Source of the DNA: Chitinophagales bacterium
Lineage (GTDB): Bacteria; Bacteroidota; Bacteroidia; Chitinophagales; JADJOU01
Length of the DNA stretch: 42,032 bases
Assembly: GCA_044368545.1 (NCBI GenBank)
Contig: JBIPPG010000001.1
Location: 1 to 42,032 of the forward strand
Direction: 5' to 3'
The notes beneath the pieces were generated by a model. The model was not told the origin of the DNA, did no database searches, and was given only the letters and a program-made list of their open reading frames with translations. Positions 9,254 through 19,185 of the stretch are shown here, piece by piece. A program made the position numbers and the translations under genes. The stretch's first letter is position 1, and the number at the start of each line of letters is the position of its first letter.

Positions 9254-11037
9254 TGAATTGGAAGCAAATGATTTTATTGTTGACAATTTGCATTCGAGTA
9301 AATGCACAGCAATACGATGCCCCAAAATTGATATGTGTTCAAAAAACAACAAACCAAAATATAATTACTTGGGAACTTCCCAATGTGTCGTGTGGCACAT
9401 TTAATGGATACAAACTTTTTCATTCAACCAACCTTTCGGGACCTTATACCCTGCTTCAAACCGAGACAACGGCATCGGTAAATACCTACACACATTTAGG
9501 AATTTCTCCCACATTGACTCATTATTATTATATGGAGTCCGATTTTAATTGTGGTGCACAAACTTCAAAAAAATCAGATACGCTTGATAATTTGGCTATC
9601 CAAAAACCAGAAATTATTAAAGTAACCATAGAAAATAATAGACCGGTTGTGTATTGGACGGCAAGCACTCAAAACAAAGTTTGGGGCTATCCCGTTCTGA
9701 TTCCACAAGTACGAATTTTAGACACCGTAGAGGGAATCAATAATTCAAAATATATAGATACCAGTACAGATGCCTCTAAAGAAGTTTTGGTATATGCAGT
9801 AGCCGCTATGGATAAATGTGGAGGAATCAACGGTACAAGTTCTAGCTCATTTGGACAATCCCCCGTTTTACTAAACAAAGTAGACGACAATTGTAAAGGT
9901 ACAATAAATCTAAGCTGGATTGGATATAAAGGCTGGCCAAATGACAAAGTAAAAGAGTATCAAATTTTGGTAAATAAAAACAACACAGGATATCAAGCAA
10001 TTGCTACACACACCTTTGACAACACGTCGTTTATTTATAATGAATTCAATTATGGAGACAGTTTGTGTATAAAAATAAAAGCAACACACCCAACAAATGA
10101 TACCATAATTTCTTATTCAAATGAATTTTGTTATCGTTCGGAAAAAATTCAAAAACCAAATTTATTGCAAATCATCAGTGCAAGCTATATTTCTCCAACA
10201 GCTACAAAATTGACGTGGTTTTGCGACAGTTTAGCTCAATATCAATCCTTTGGTTTTACGGTTAATAATAAGCGTTCTGGGGATCTGTTTAATTCTTTTT
10301 CTGTAGCAAATCCCACAAAAGAGGGAGGAGGATTTTATTCGTATACAGATAATGCGGCACCTACATCAGGTCAACACGTCTATTCAATAGCTTTCTTAGA
10401 TAAATGTAACGAAAGTACGGAAGGAATAGAAACAAACACGGTTTATTTATCAGCAAAACAAACAGGCTTGTTTAGCAATTTTTTAGAATGGACAAAGCCC
10501 ATTGCGCCAGAATCAAAAACGGTATATACCATAAGAGGACAAAGATTGTTTGTACAAAAAGAGGGAGGATCCTTTCAGTTGTTAAAAGATTTTTTGAATG
10601 TGAATACGTTTGAATTTGATCATTCTATTGAAAATGATATAAATACATCGGGTAGTTTTTGTTATAAATTAGAAACCGATATTTCATTTGATACCACTAC
10701 AGAATTGAAAAACAAGACGTTTACCATTACGTCTACGTATGCTTGTGTTACGGATAGAACCATTGTTCATATTCCCAATGCGTTTAAAATCAACGGCGTT
10801 AACAATACCTTCAAGCCATTCTTTGTGTTTTGGTCTAATTTTAGTTCATATAATATGAAAATTTTTAATCGATGGGGGGTTCAAATATTTGAGACAAACG
10901 ATCCCTTTCGCGGATGGGACGGCACCAACAAAAAGGGAGAAATGTCTGACGAAGATAGCTATATGTATGTAATTTCTTATATAGGAAATGATAATAAGCT
11001 ACAAACAAAAACAGGCAATGTTATTTTGCTTAAATAG
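9253..11037 (+). CDS. Secreted protein with a T9SS type-B (gliding-motility-associated) C-terminal sorting domain
   Basis: Signal peptide present. The C-terminus (IPNAFKINGVNNTFKPFF...MKIFNRWGVQIFE...GWDGTNKKG...YMYVISY) matches the type-B CTD pattern. The start overlaps the upstream stop (TAATG). Confidence 0.7.
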   Translation: MNWKQMILLLTICIRVNAQQYDAPKLICVQKTTNQNIITWELPNVSCGTFNGYKLFHSTNLSGPYTLLQTETTASVNTYTHLGISPTLTHYYYMESDFNCGAQTSKKSDTLDNLAIQKPEIIKVTIENNRPVVYWTASTQNKVWGYPVLIPQVRILDTVEGINNSKYIDTSTDASKEVLVYAVAAMDKCGGINGTSSSSFGQSPVLLNKVDDNCKGTINLSWIGYKGWPNDKVKEYQILVNKNNTGYQAIATHTFDNTSFIYNEFNYGDSLCIKIKATHPTNDTIISYSNEFCYRSEKIQKPNLLQIISASYISPTATKLTWFCDSLAQYQSFGFTVNNKRSGDLFNSFSVANPTKEGGGFYSYTDNAAPTSGQHVYSIAFLDKCNESTEGIETNTVYLSAKQTGLFSNFLEWTKPIAPESKTVYTIRGQRLFVQKEGGSFQLLKDFLNVNTFEFDHSIENDINTSGSFCYKLETDISFDTTTELKNKTFTITSTYACVTDRTIVHIPNAFKINGVNNTFKPFFVFWSNFSSYNMKIFNRWGVQIFETNDPFRGWDGTNKKGEMSDEDSYMYVISYIGNDNKLQTKTGNVILLK

Positions 11038-11053
11038 GGTTTACGGATTAATA

Positions 11054-11695
11054 TTAGTCTAAAAGATCAACGCTTGAAGTGCCTATTCTTTCGGCATCTG
11101 CATTAATTAAACTTATAGCAAAATCTAACGTTTTTATACCACCCGAAGCTTTTATTTTTATAGAAGGAGAGAGTATTTTTCTTAAAAAAGAAACAATCTC
11201 AATAGTACAACCACCAAAATATCCCGTACTCGTTTTTACAAAATCTGGTTTTACTTCGTTCGCAATTTCACAAATGGATAAAATTTCATTTTCGGAGAGG
11301 CAAGAGGTTTCTATAATCCATTTAGAGGTTACATTTTTTTGCTTACAAAGGTCAATTAAATATGCGGCTTCAATTTTTATATCGTTAAAATCTCCGTTGG
11401 AAACCATATTTCTATTGATAACAAAATCGATTTCTTCTGCACCATTATCAATCGCTTCTTTCAACTCGGCAATTTTGCTTTTTGTAGTATGGTTTCCATT
11501 GGGAAAACCAATTACGGTGCAGGTTTTAATATCTGAATTAACTAGCTCTTTTTTTACTATTGAAACATAAAACGGTGAAACACAAACAGCGGCTACATTT
11601 TTGTCAATCGCAACAGTGCATAAATCTAAGATGTTTTCTTTAGATGCCGCAGGATTCAAAAGGGTTAAGTCAATATTCGGTGCTATCGATTTCAT
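11054..11695 (-). CDS. deoC: Deoxyribose-phosphate aldolase
   Basis: 213 aa, with the DeoC pattern including EIDFVIN and the Schiff-base region DFVKTSTGY. Confidence 0.85.
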   Translation of the reverse strand: MKSIAPNIDLTLLNPAASKENILDLCTVAIDKNVAAVCVSPFYVSIVKKELVNSDIKTCTVIGFPNGNHTTKSKIAELKEAIDNGAEEIDFVINRNMVSNGDFNDIKIEAAYLIDLCKQKNVTSKWIIETSCLSENEILSICEIANEVKPDFVKTSTGYFGGCTIEIVSFLRKILSPSIKIKASGGIKTLDFAISLINADAERIGTSSVDLLD

Positions 11696-11800
11696 ATTTT
11701 AAAAATAGATTTGACAACAAAGGTATAAAAACCAAGTTTAAAGAGGACTTTTAAAAAATTGGTGAACGAAAAAGAAAGCCCCGAATAGTTATAAAGAGTG

Positions 11801-11808
11801 TATTTTTG
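11801..11808 (+). promoter_or_regulatory. Candidate -7 box (TATTTTTG)
   Basis: Exact TAnnTTTG match 18 nt upstream of the ATG at 11826. Confidence 0.35.
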
Positions 11809-11825
11809 TATAAAAATATTAAAAA

Positions 11826-12143
11826 ATGAGAAATTTGATTGTTTTGGGAATAATTGTTTTGTCTTCTTGTCAAAATGAATCACCACAAAAAACAGAAACA
11901 ACGATTACAGAAGCACCAGATGGAAAAACTATATATAAAGAAAGATGTGTGTCGTGCCACGGAACCGATGGAAAACTTGGTTTTGCGGGAGCAAAAGATT
12001 TGACAGCAAGTAAAAAAACACATCAGGAAATAATTAATCAAGTGATGAACGGAAAAGGAGCAATGACCCCTTTTAAAAATATCTTGAGAGAAGATGAAAT
12101 AGATGCTGTGAGTAAATATGCAGTAGAATTACAAAAAAAATAG
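11826..12143 (+). CDS. Class I c-type cytochrome, lipoprotein
   Basis: Lipobox-like LSSC after the signal sequence, the haem motif CVSCH, and a distal Met region (GKGAMTPF). Confidence 0.75.
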   Translation: MRNLIVLGIIVLSSCQNESPQKTETTITEAPDGKTIYKERCVSCHGTDGKLGFAGAKDLTASKKTHQEIINQVMNGKGAMTPFKNILREDEIDAVSKYAVELQKK

Positions 12144-12145
12144 AA

Positions 12146-13207
12146 ATGAAAACATATCGTTCAATCGGCTTAATGAGCGGGTCTTCCCTGGATGGACTTG
12201 ATATTTGTTTTTCAGAAATTTTTTCAGAGGAAAATGATAAGTACCGTTTTAATATTATAGATGCTACCACTATTTCGTATCCACAAGAAATTTATGAAAA
12301 ACTAAAGAACTGTAGAACGCTTCCATCGCTTGAGTTATTGGCACTGGACAATATGCTTGCTCATTTTTTTGCAATACAGATACAAAACTTTATAAGCACA
12401 CAATCCTCTAAAGAAATAGACTTTGTTGTAAATCACGGACACACCGTTTTTCATTTTCCAAAGGATGGAATTACACACGCAATTTGTAATCATCAAAAAC
12501 TAGCGCAATTGTTGAAAACAAGGGTTTTGGGCAATTTAAGAAATAAAGATGTAGCCTTGGGGGGACAAGGAGCACCTATTGTTCCCGTTGCAGATAAATA
12601 TCTTTTCCCCGAACATAAATACTGTTTAAATTTAGGAGGAATCTGTAATATTTCCGAAAAGAAAAACAAGGAAATAGTTAGTTTTGATATAGGCGTATGC
12701 AATCAAGCATTGAATTATTATGCACAATTATTGGGCAAAGAATATGACGAAAATGGACTTTTGGCATCAAAAGGCTCGATTTATTTTCCCCTTTTCGAAT
12801 CCTTAAATCAAATAGATTTTTATAAAGATAAAGGCTCAAAAAGTATAGACAATGGAATGTTTTTGAATATTATCAAACCATTGGCAGATCAGTATCCGCT
12901 TTCTATTAATGATATTTTAGCTACAATGGTCGAACATATTGCTTTCCAGATTTCACTTACGCTTTCAAATAATTCATTGGATAAAGTTTTGGCTACAGGT
13001 GGCGGAGCGTTTAATTCATTTTTAATGGAACGAATTCAAAGCCATACATTGTGTCCGATAGAAATACCAAAGCCACAAATTGTTAATTTTAAAGAAGCGC
13101 TTGCTATGAGTTTTTTTGGAGTCAGAAATCTTGAAAAAAAGGTAAATGTCTTTGCATCAGTTACGGGAGCCTCCGAAGATTCAGTAGGAGGAGTTTGGTT
13201 TGAATAA
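12146..13207 (+). CDS. anmK: Anhydro-N-acetylmuramic acid kinase
   Basis: N-terminal GLMSGSSLDGLDI, internal GGQGAPIVP, and a C-terminal GGGAFN motif. Confidence 0.85.
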   Translation: MKTYRSIGLMSGSSLDGLDICFSEIFSEENDKYRFNIIDATTISYPQEIYEKLKNCRTLPSLELLALDNMLAHFFAIQIQNFISTQSSKEIDFVVNHGHTVFHFPKDGITHAICNHQKLAQLLKTRVLGNLRNKDVALGGQGAPIVPVADKYLFPEHKYCLNLGGICNISEKKNKEIVSFDIGVCNQALNYYAQLLGKEYDENGLLASKGSIYFPLFESLNQIDFYKDKGSKSIDNGMFLNIIKPLADQYPLSINDILATMVEHIAFQISLTLSNNSLDKVLATGGGAFNSFLMERIQSHTLCPIEIPKPQIVNFKEALAMSFFGVRNLEKKVNVFASVTGASEDSVGGVWFE

Positions 13208-13210
13208 TTT

Positions 13211-13954
13211 TTAAAACTTAGCTGAAGGAATTATTTTTAAAGTATTAATCATTCGTTCATATTGCTGATGCGTAAAACTAGACCTACAAACCCCATAATT
13301 ACTCATAAAATTTTCCAACAAGGGTTTATAGTATTGATTATTGGCATCTTTATTCGTACCCAAAAATTGACAAAGAGAGTTTGAATAGATACCGTTGGGA
13401 TCGGCAGGTGTATCACAAACAAAGTCTCCAGCACTAGAACAATTAGATCCATCCACTTTTTCGCCAGGTTCGTAGGTGTTGAAAAGTCCAAAAAAATGGC
13501 CAAATTGATGAACCCATTCTATCGTTGTAGCTGTTTTCGTCAAAACAATTAAGTCTTTTGAAGAAAAAGAAATACCCGATTGTGTAGCAAAACCACCGTT
13601 ATCGTTAGGAGAGGAAAAAGCTACTAAAAAAACATTGATATGTCTTGGCTCGGCAAATAAGGCCAAAGTTTCTGTTTTAAGTTTAAATTCGTCCCAATCA
13701 TCAAAGTTATAATTTTCGATATATCGAATGTCACATATATTAAATTGAACGCAAATTGGTTTCCATTCTTGATTCAAACGAGCAATGGATTGATTCAAAT
13801 CGCTAAGATTATAATTAGTAAAACCAAACCTATCTTTAACTATATGAACAACAACACTATAGTTTCTATCCACACACTCAAGACTTTTTTGCTCTTGAGA
13901 AAAAGCAAAAACAGAGACAAAAAATAATAAAACGGCAAGGATGATAGCTTTCAC
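13211..13954 (-). CDS. Secreted M43 (pappalysin/cytophagalysin)-like protein with a degenerate zinc site
   Basis: Signal peptide with a GTG start. HQFGHFFGLFN stands where M43 has HExxHxxGxxH, followed by the M43-like GDFVCDTPADP. Confidence 0.55.
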   Translation of the reverse strand: MKAIILAVLLFFVSVFAFSQEQKSLECVDRNYSVVVHIVKDRFGFTNYNLSDLNQSIARLNQEWKPICVQFNICDIRYIENYNFDDWDEFKLKTETLALFAEPRHINVFLVAFSSPNDNGGFATQSGISFSSKDLIVLTKTATTIEWVHQFGHFFGLFNTYEPGEKVDGSNCSSAGDFVCDTPADPNGIYSNSLCQFLGTNKDANNQYYKPLLENFMSNYGVCRSSFTHQQYERMINTLKIIPSAKF

Positions 13955-13971
13955 AAAAAAAAATTAATATA

Positions 13972-13979
13972 CAAAAATA
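13972..13979 (-). promoter_or_regulatory. Candidate -7 box (minus strand TATTTTTG)
   Basis: The plus strand reads caaaaata, 18 nt upstream of the GTG start at 13954. Confidence 0.3.
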
Positions 13980-13991
13980 AGAAAATTGTTT

Positions 13992-13999
13992 TATTTTTG
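13992..13999 (+). promoter_or_regulatory. Candidate -7 box (TATTTTTG)
   Basis: Exact match 32 nt upstream of the ATG at 14031. Confidence 0.35.
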
Positions 14000-14030
14000 A
14001 TAAAAATTCTAAGAAAGTAGGATATAAAAT

Positions 14031-17000
14031 ATGAAAACTGTTGTTTTTCTATCTTGTTTATTTGTGATTGGTCAGCAGCTATATTCTCAGGCGTCGCCGT
14101 CTAGTGGATGTGCACCTTTAAATGTTTCATTTACACCTCCAGCGGGTATGACTACCTATTATTGGGAATTTGGCGATGGTTCGTCTAGCGAATTGTCCAA
14201 TCCTTCTAATACTTTTCTTCAACCTCAAGGATATACCGCTACCCTTAGGGCTTGCAAAACCTGTCCAGTGGTTTCTTCATACTCGGTATCTGTTTCCCCA
14301 AAACCTACAATAACGGTTCCCTCAGATTTCAAAGGATGTTCGCCTCTTTCGGTTAATATTTCCCCAAACATTTCGCTTCCGCCAGCGGTAAGTATTTCTA
14401 GTTTGAAATATATCTTTGGCGATGGAGGATCGGCTACTACTTCGGGAGGAGGCTCACAAAGTCATACCTATACAGGAAACGGAAATTACAACCTAGGTTT
14501 TGAGCTCAAAACCTCTCCTATTAGCTCCAATTGCGACGTAACGGTAAGTATTCCCAGCAAAGTAAAGACTTCTACTATCTTAGGTCAAATTGCAGGAAAT
14601 CCTGCTGTGGAATGTACAATTCCTACGTCTATATCTTTTTCAAGCAATCTAAGCAATACTGTACCAATTACATCCTATCAATGGAATATTGATGGAAATA
14701 TGAGTTCATCACAAAGTCCTCCTAGCGTTCAGTTTAATGCTTATGGAGTCAAAAATGCATCCCTAACCGTTGAGGATCAAAATTCCTGTAGCAAAACGTT
14801 TAATACTTCGGTAGAAATAATAGAAAATAATTTGACAAAAATTATAGCACCCGATACCATTTGTGTCGACATTTTTACATCGGTTAGCCACGATGCAAAC
14901 AGTAGAGTATCTAATACGTGGAATTTTTTGGGCGCTACGTCCACGGGTTCTATTTCTTCCAATTTATCAGGCGTTTCGTATAATACACCCGGCATCAAAA
15001 ATATTTCGGTTACCACAAGAGTTAATGGCAAATGTCCAAAAACCGTTTCAAAAACAGTTGTTGTTTTAGACCAAAAAATTAAATATAAAATTGTACCAAT
15101 ACCCTTGTGTAATAAAAAAAATACATTCATCGTAGAATACTTAGAACCCAATATTGTAGATGAAATTTCATGGATAAAAATGCCAGAAAATTTGGTCTTA
15201 AGCACAAAATTAAAAGACACATTAACCTATACTTTTAATTACGATACCATCACGTGGAAACAACCGAAGTCAAATATTGCTATAAAGGTAAAAACAAAAT
15301 TTGGCTGTACACTCTATTTTGATTCTACCTTTTTTCATCCATTGATAGCACACGTAGCACCAACAAAAACAGATGGTTGTGCGCCGCTAAATGTAGGTTT
15401 TTTTGACAGAACCAATCTTTACAACCCGCCACATATTATTACAAAATGGGAGTTGATATATGGAGATGGATCACCAAAAGAAACATACACCTCTTTTCCC
15501 GACACCATTTATCATACCTATAACAATCCGGGTAGGTATAAATCTATGATGATTACAACCAATAATTTTGGCTGTATAGATACGACCTATATAACAGAAA
15601 TTCGTGTAGGCAAAACCCCAAACGCCAATTTTTCTATAAATTTGAATGGAGGCTGCGCTACAGACCCCAATACGGCAATAGTGCTTAATAGTTTAATTCC
15701 TGCATCAGACTCGGCACAAGTTATTAAATATTGGGCGGAGGGATTTCAGTGTTTTAATCAACCAAATCTAACGTATCAACCTAGAAAAAAGGTCGGCATT
15801 CAAACGATTACGATGGAGGCGTCCAATCACGATTGTTTTTCTACCATTACAAAATCAATTTATATAAAAGGCCCATCGGCAAAGATTCAAACTGTATTGA
15901 ATTGTGATTCGGGCAAAAAAGTGAAGTTTAAAAATTTGAGCGAACAAGCTACTTCTTTTGAATGGGACTTTGACGGATTGGGAACCAGTATCGATAAAGA
16001 ACCCTCTTTTACCTTTCCTTCAGATGGAGATTATCAAGTGATTTTAAAAGCCAAAAATGATACGAATTCTTGCCTTCCTGCATTTGATACGATTATGGTT
16101 AAAATTCAAACACCACTTGCAAAATTTGACAAGGATTCGTTTATTTATTGTGTTTCAGAAAAAAACAAATTAATTTCAGCTAATCTATCATCTGGATTTG
16201 TAAGCGATGGACAAAACGCGGGCTTTCTATGGGAATTTTTTCCAGATACTATTCCAAAAAGAACAAAGACTTCGGCTATATTATATGACTATAAAGATAC
16301 GTTAACCAAAAATGTAATTTTATCGGTAAGAAATTATATGAATTGTATTCATAAAGATACGGCTTTGTTCATAATTGATAGTATATATGCTACTCCAAAA
16401 ATTGATTCAGGATTTTGTTCAAAAGACACCGTTAAATTTTTAAGTAATATAAAATCAAGGTTTCCTCTAGTTTTTAACCGCTGGTATTTTGGCGATGGCG
16501 ATAGTGCTACAATGACCGATAACGACACCTTTCATATTTATAAATCATCCATTATCCCTACTTTTACAACAAAATTAGAGGCCAAAAATATTTATGGATG
16601 TAAAAACATAACGTATAAATTAATCAATAAAAGAAATTTTGATTTAACGCTTGACCCCGTTTCAAAAAACCTCTGTTTGGGCAAAGATTCTATTATAAAA
16701 ATTAAAAGTAAGGTTACTTTTCCGGGGGAAGTTAAATGGCGTTTTGCTCCATTAGACACACAGATGGGAAAAGAAATAGATAGAAAATTTTTGGCGCTAG
16801 GAACATACAATATCCAAATTACAGCAATAGATTCCGCATTTAAAAATTGTGTAGACACCGTTAGAGAAATAATAACAGTAAGACAAAAACCAAAACTCGC
16901 TATTTTGAGCGACAAAGACACTTTAGGCGCTTTTTGTAGTCCTTTTTCGCTAACATTACTTCATTTTGATACAAATAACTCGGGCGTAATTTCGAGTACC

Positions 17001-18419
17001 ATTAAGTGGAACATTGTCAATATTTTGGGTACCGAGAATTTTGCGGTTCCTTCACCTACCACAACGATGCCACAAGGTCAAAACATAGTAAAACTAACTG
17101 CGTCAAATGCATATTGTGCCGATACCACAGAACGGTCATTTAGAATCTTTGATACCAAAGGAAAAATGACTATTGACAAAAATAACATTTGTAAATACGA
17201 CAGCATAGAGTTTAAAATTTTAGATACGGCCGATGTTTATAAATTTAGTATTGACTTTGGGGATGGAACCTTTGATTCCATTGCGCCTATAAGGCATCAA
17301 TACATGTTTGTTCCGCTTTCTGGGTCTACCAAAGCCAAGATTAGCTTTTTTGCAAAAGATGGTTTGTGCCAATCCAAACCCTTTGATACCACAATCAACA
17401 TTAGGGAAGTATATGCAAATTTTGGTAGAAATTTCAATGGAGACACCTCTATATGTTTTGCTCCGTTTCATATAAAAGATAGTTCGTCCAATGTTAATAA
17501 TTATTTATGGGATTTTGGCGACGGAACCACGTCAAATATCAAAGAACCAGGATATCACAATTTTCCGAAACCCGGAAGTTATTGGATAACGCTGAAAACG
17601 GCCAACAACCAATTTGGTTGTAAAGACTCTTTTTCTAAACACGTAATATTATATCCGTTACCTAAATCAAATCCAACCAACGACACCATTTGTAAAGGAG
17701 ACACAGCATTTTTAATTCAGAAAGATACCGTCGCAAACACAAGCTATTATTGGGAACCACGATCAAAATTTCTGTTAAATCCTAGTTGGAGAACGATGAC
17801 CGTGTCAGATACTTCGTTTGAGTTTAAGGCTATTGCAGTAATTGATAGTTCGGGATGTGCCGATACCGCTTCTTCAAGGGTGTTGAAAGTGATTCGTCCT
17901 ATGCCAAGCGTAACGTTTGATACAACAATAGCTCAGGGTGCTGATGTGATTCTTCCGTTTGAACGATATGATTCTTATGCCGCTTTTTGGAAGCCCGATA
18001 GTTTTTTGACCTGTACCAATTGCTCGTATCCAACGGCAAAATATGTATTGAACGAGATATTTTATGAAGTAGATGTTAAAGAAACGTTATTGAACTGTTT
18101 TACAAATAAATCAACCTTTCACATCAAAATTTTTGAAGATATTATTGTCAATGCACCTACGGCCTTTACGCCAAATGGAGACGGGAATAATGACATTTAT
18201 TATGCAAGAGGATTTGGAATCAAAAAGCTACAATCCTTTAAAATATACAATCGATGGGGTCAGCTTTTGTTCTTTTCAGAGGATGAAAATAACGGATGGG
18301 ATGGCTATTACAAAGGTTCGCTTCAAGCACAAGATACCTATTTTTATACCATTGTAGGGGAATCGTACATTCCGGGCAAACTTGTAAAAAAAGAAGGAAA
18401 TTTCTTGTTATTAAAATAA
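14031..18419 (+). CDS. Large PKD-repeat surface protein with a T9SS type-B C-terminal sorting domain
   Basis: Signal peptide and multiple PKD-like units (GCAPLNVSF...WEFGDGSSS, WDFDGLG, WYFGDGD, WDFGDGT). The C-terminus (FTPNGDGNNDIYY...IYNRWGQLLF...GWDGYYKG...YFYTI) is type-B CTD-like. Confidence 0.8.
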   Translation: MKTVVFLSCLFVIGQQLYSQASPSSGCAPLNVSFTPPAGMTTYYWEFGDGSSSELSNPSNTFLQPQGYTATLRACKTCPVVSSYSVSVSPKPTITVPSDFKGCSPLSVNISPNISLPPAVSISSLKYIFGDGGSATTSGGGSQSHTYTGNGNYNLGFELKTSPISSNCDVTVSIPSKVKTSTILGQIAGNPAVECTIPTSISFSSNLSNTVPITSYQWNIDGNMSSSQSPPSVQFNAYGVKNASLTVEDQNSCSKTFNTSVEIIENNLTKIIAPDTICVDIFTSVSHDANSRVSNTWNFLGATSTGSISSNLSGVSYNTPGIKNISVTTRVNGKCPKTVSKTVVVLDQKIKYKIVPIPLCNKKNTFIVEYLEPNIVDEISWIKMPENLVLSTKLKDTLTYTFNYDTITWKQPKSNIAIKVKTKFGCTLYFDSTFFHPLIAHVAPTKTDGCAPLNVGFFDRTNLYNPPHIITKWELIYGDGSPKETYTSFPDTIYHTYNNPGRYKSMMITTNNFGCIDTTYITEIRVGKTPNANFSINLNGGCATDPNTAIVLNSLIPASDSAQVIKYWAEGFQCFNQPNLTYQPRKKVGIQTITMEASNHDCFSTITKSIYIKGPSAKIQTVLNCDSGKKVKFKNLSEQATSFEWDFDGLGTSIDKEPSFTFPSDGDYQVILKAKNDTNSCLPAFDTIMVKIQTPLAKFDKDSFIYCVSEKNKLISANLSSGFVSDGQNAGFLWEFFPDTIPKRTKTSAILYDYKDTLTKNVILSVRNYMNCIHKDTALFIIDSIYATPKIDSGFCSKDTVKFLSNIKSRFPLVFNRWYFGDGDSATMTDNDTFHIYKSSIIPTFTTKLEAKNIYGCKNITYKLINKRNFDLTLDPVSKNLCLGKDSIIKIKSKVTFPGEVKWRFAPLDTQMGKEIDRKFLALGTYNIQITAIDSAFKNCVDTVREIITVRQKPKLAILSDKDTLGAFCSPFSLTLLHFDTNNSGVISSTIKWNIVNILGTENFAVPSPTTTMPQGQNIVKLTASNAYCADTTERSFRIFDTKGKMTIDKNNICKYDSIEFKILDTADVYKFSIDFGDGTFDSIAPIRHQYMFVPLSGSTKAKISFFAKDGLCQSKPFDTTINIREVYANFGRNFNGDTSICFAPFHIKDSSSNVNNYLWDFGDGTTSNIKEPGYHNFPKPGSYWITLKTANNQFGCKDSFSKHVILYPLPKSNPTNDTICKGDTAFLIQKDTVANTSYYWEPRSKFLLNPSWRTMTVSDTSFEFKAIAVIDSSGCADTASSRVLKVIRPMPSVTFDTTIAQGADVILPFERYDSYAAFWKPDSFLTCTNCSYPTAKYVLNEIFYEVDVKETLLNCFTNKSTFHIKIFEDIIVNAPTAFTPNGDGNNDIYYARGFGIKKLQSFKIYNRWGQLLFFSEDENNGWDGYYKGSLQAQDTYFYTIVGESYIPGKLVKKEGNFLLLK

Positions 18420-18453
18420 AAATTAATATTTTTGTAAACAAAATAAAATTAAT

Positions 18454-18753
18454 ATGAAAAAATTAACAACAACACACAAATCTATAATCGTATTTTTTGC
18501 TTTAGAAACGCTTTTGATTTTTTTAGGAGGACTTTTTAAAGTTTTACATTTACCAATGGCAAATGAAATGTTAATTGTACCTATGGTTTTAATGTTTATT
18601 TCAATTGCAATTTTTTGGGTTGTCGCAATTGTTCAAATGTTAACAAATACCTTTGAAAACAAAGTGATATGGCTTTTTTTAATGTTTATTTTTCCATTTG
18701 CCACGCCCTTTATTTTTTTATTAACAAAAGACGAAAGAATCAAAACGGCTTAG
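18454..18753 (+). CDS. Small 3-TM membrane protein (hypothetical)
   Basis: 99 aa and hydrophobic. It has an N-terminal LFKVLHLP motif of the kind seen in small Bacteroidota membrane proteins. Its stop overlaps the convergent arsC-like stop. Confidence 0.4.
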   Translation: MKKLTTTHKSIIVFFALETLLIFLGGLFKVLHLPMANEMLIVPMVLMFISIAIFWVVAIVQMLTNTFENKVIWLFLMFIFPFATPFIFLLTKDERIKTA

Positions 18754-19097
18754 AAAAGCTCTTTTACTTTGTCAATCGGGCGCGCCAAAACAGCCTTGTT
18801 GCCAATGATTACAATGGGGCGTTCAAGGATGCTTGGATTTTCAGAAATGGCTTGAAGCCATTCTTCGTTTGACAAATGTTTATCTTCAAAAGATTCTTTA
18901 AATACTTTGTCTTTTTTTCGAAGCAATGCCGTAGCCTCTAGCCCAGATTTTTGTAATATATCTTTTAATTCATCCACAGAAGGCGGATTGTGAATATAAT
19001 TTCGTATTTCTACTTCAAATTGATTTTCTTTCAAAATGTCTAAAACATTTCGGCTGGTGCTACAAACATTATTGTGAAAAATAATGGCTTTTTTCAT
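18750..19097 (-). CDS. arsC: ArsC/Spx-family thiol reductase (glutaredoxin-type arsenate reductase-like)
   Basis: IFHNNVCSTSRNVL matches the HNPxCGTSRN active-site region of glutaredoxin-coupled ArsC. Conserved Arg positions (ILERPIV, LARPID) are present. At 115 aa it is shorter than plasmid ArsC. Confidence 0.6.
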   Translation of the reverse strand: MKKAIIFHNNVCSTSRNVLDILKENQFEVEIRNYIHNPPSVDELKDILQKSGLEATALLRKKDKVFKESFEDKHLSNEEWLQAISENPSILERPIVIIGNKAVLARPIDKVKELF

Positions 19098-19185
19098 TTA
19101 TAAATTTCTTTAAATTATTAAAAAACCAAAAGTATGAACTTTTTTTAAATCAAAGATGTTTTTAAATAAAAAAGTAAAGAAAAAT

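Noticed and set aside
11079-11570. 163-aa plus-strand ORF
   Set aside because: It is antisense to deoC, which has clear family motifs.
11692-11901. 69-aa minus-strand ORF spanning the deoC / cytochrome c intergenic region
   Set aside because: It overlaps the cytochrome c start and the candidate promoter, it is low-complexity, and it has no supporting signal.
18669-18872. 67-aa plus-strand ORF overlapping the end of the small membrane protein gene and the arsC-like gene
   Set aside because: It is out of frame with the first gene and antisense to the second. No motifs are present.
19156-19185. Ten-codon N-terminal extension of the bacilliredoxin ORF ([10 protein letters not shown])
   Set aside because: The family N-terminus aligns with [14 protein letters not shown] starting at 19186. 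The extension is Lys-rich and probably untranslated.
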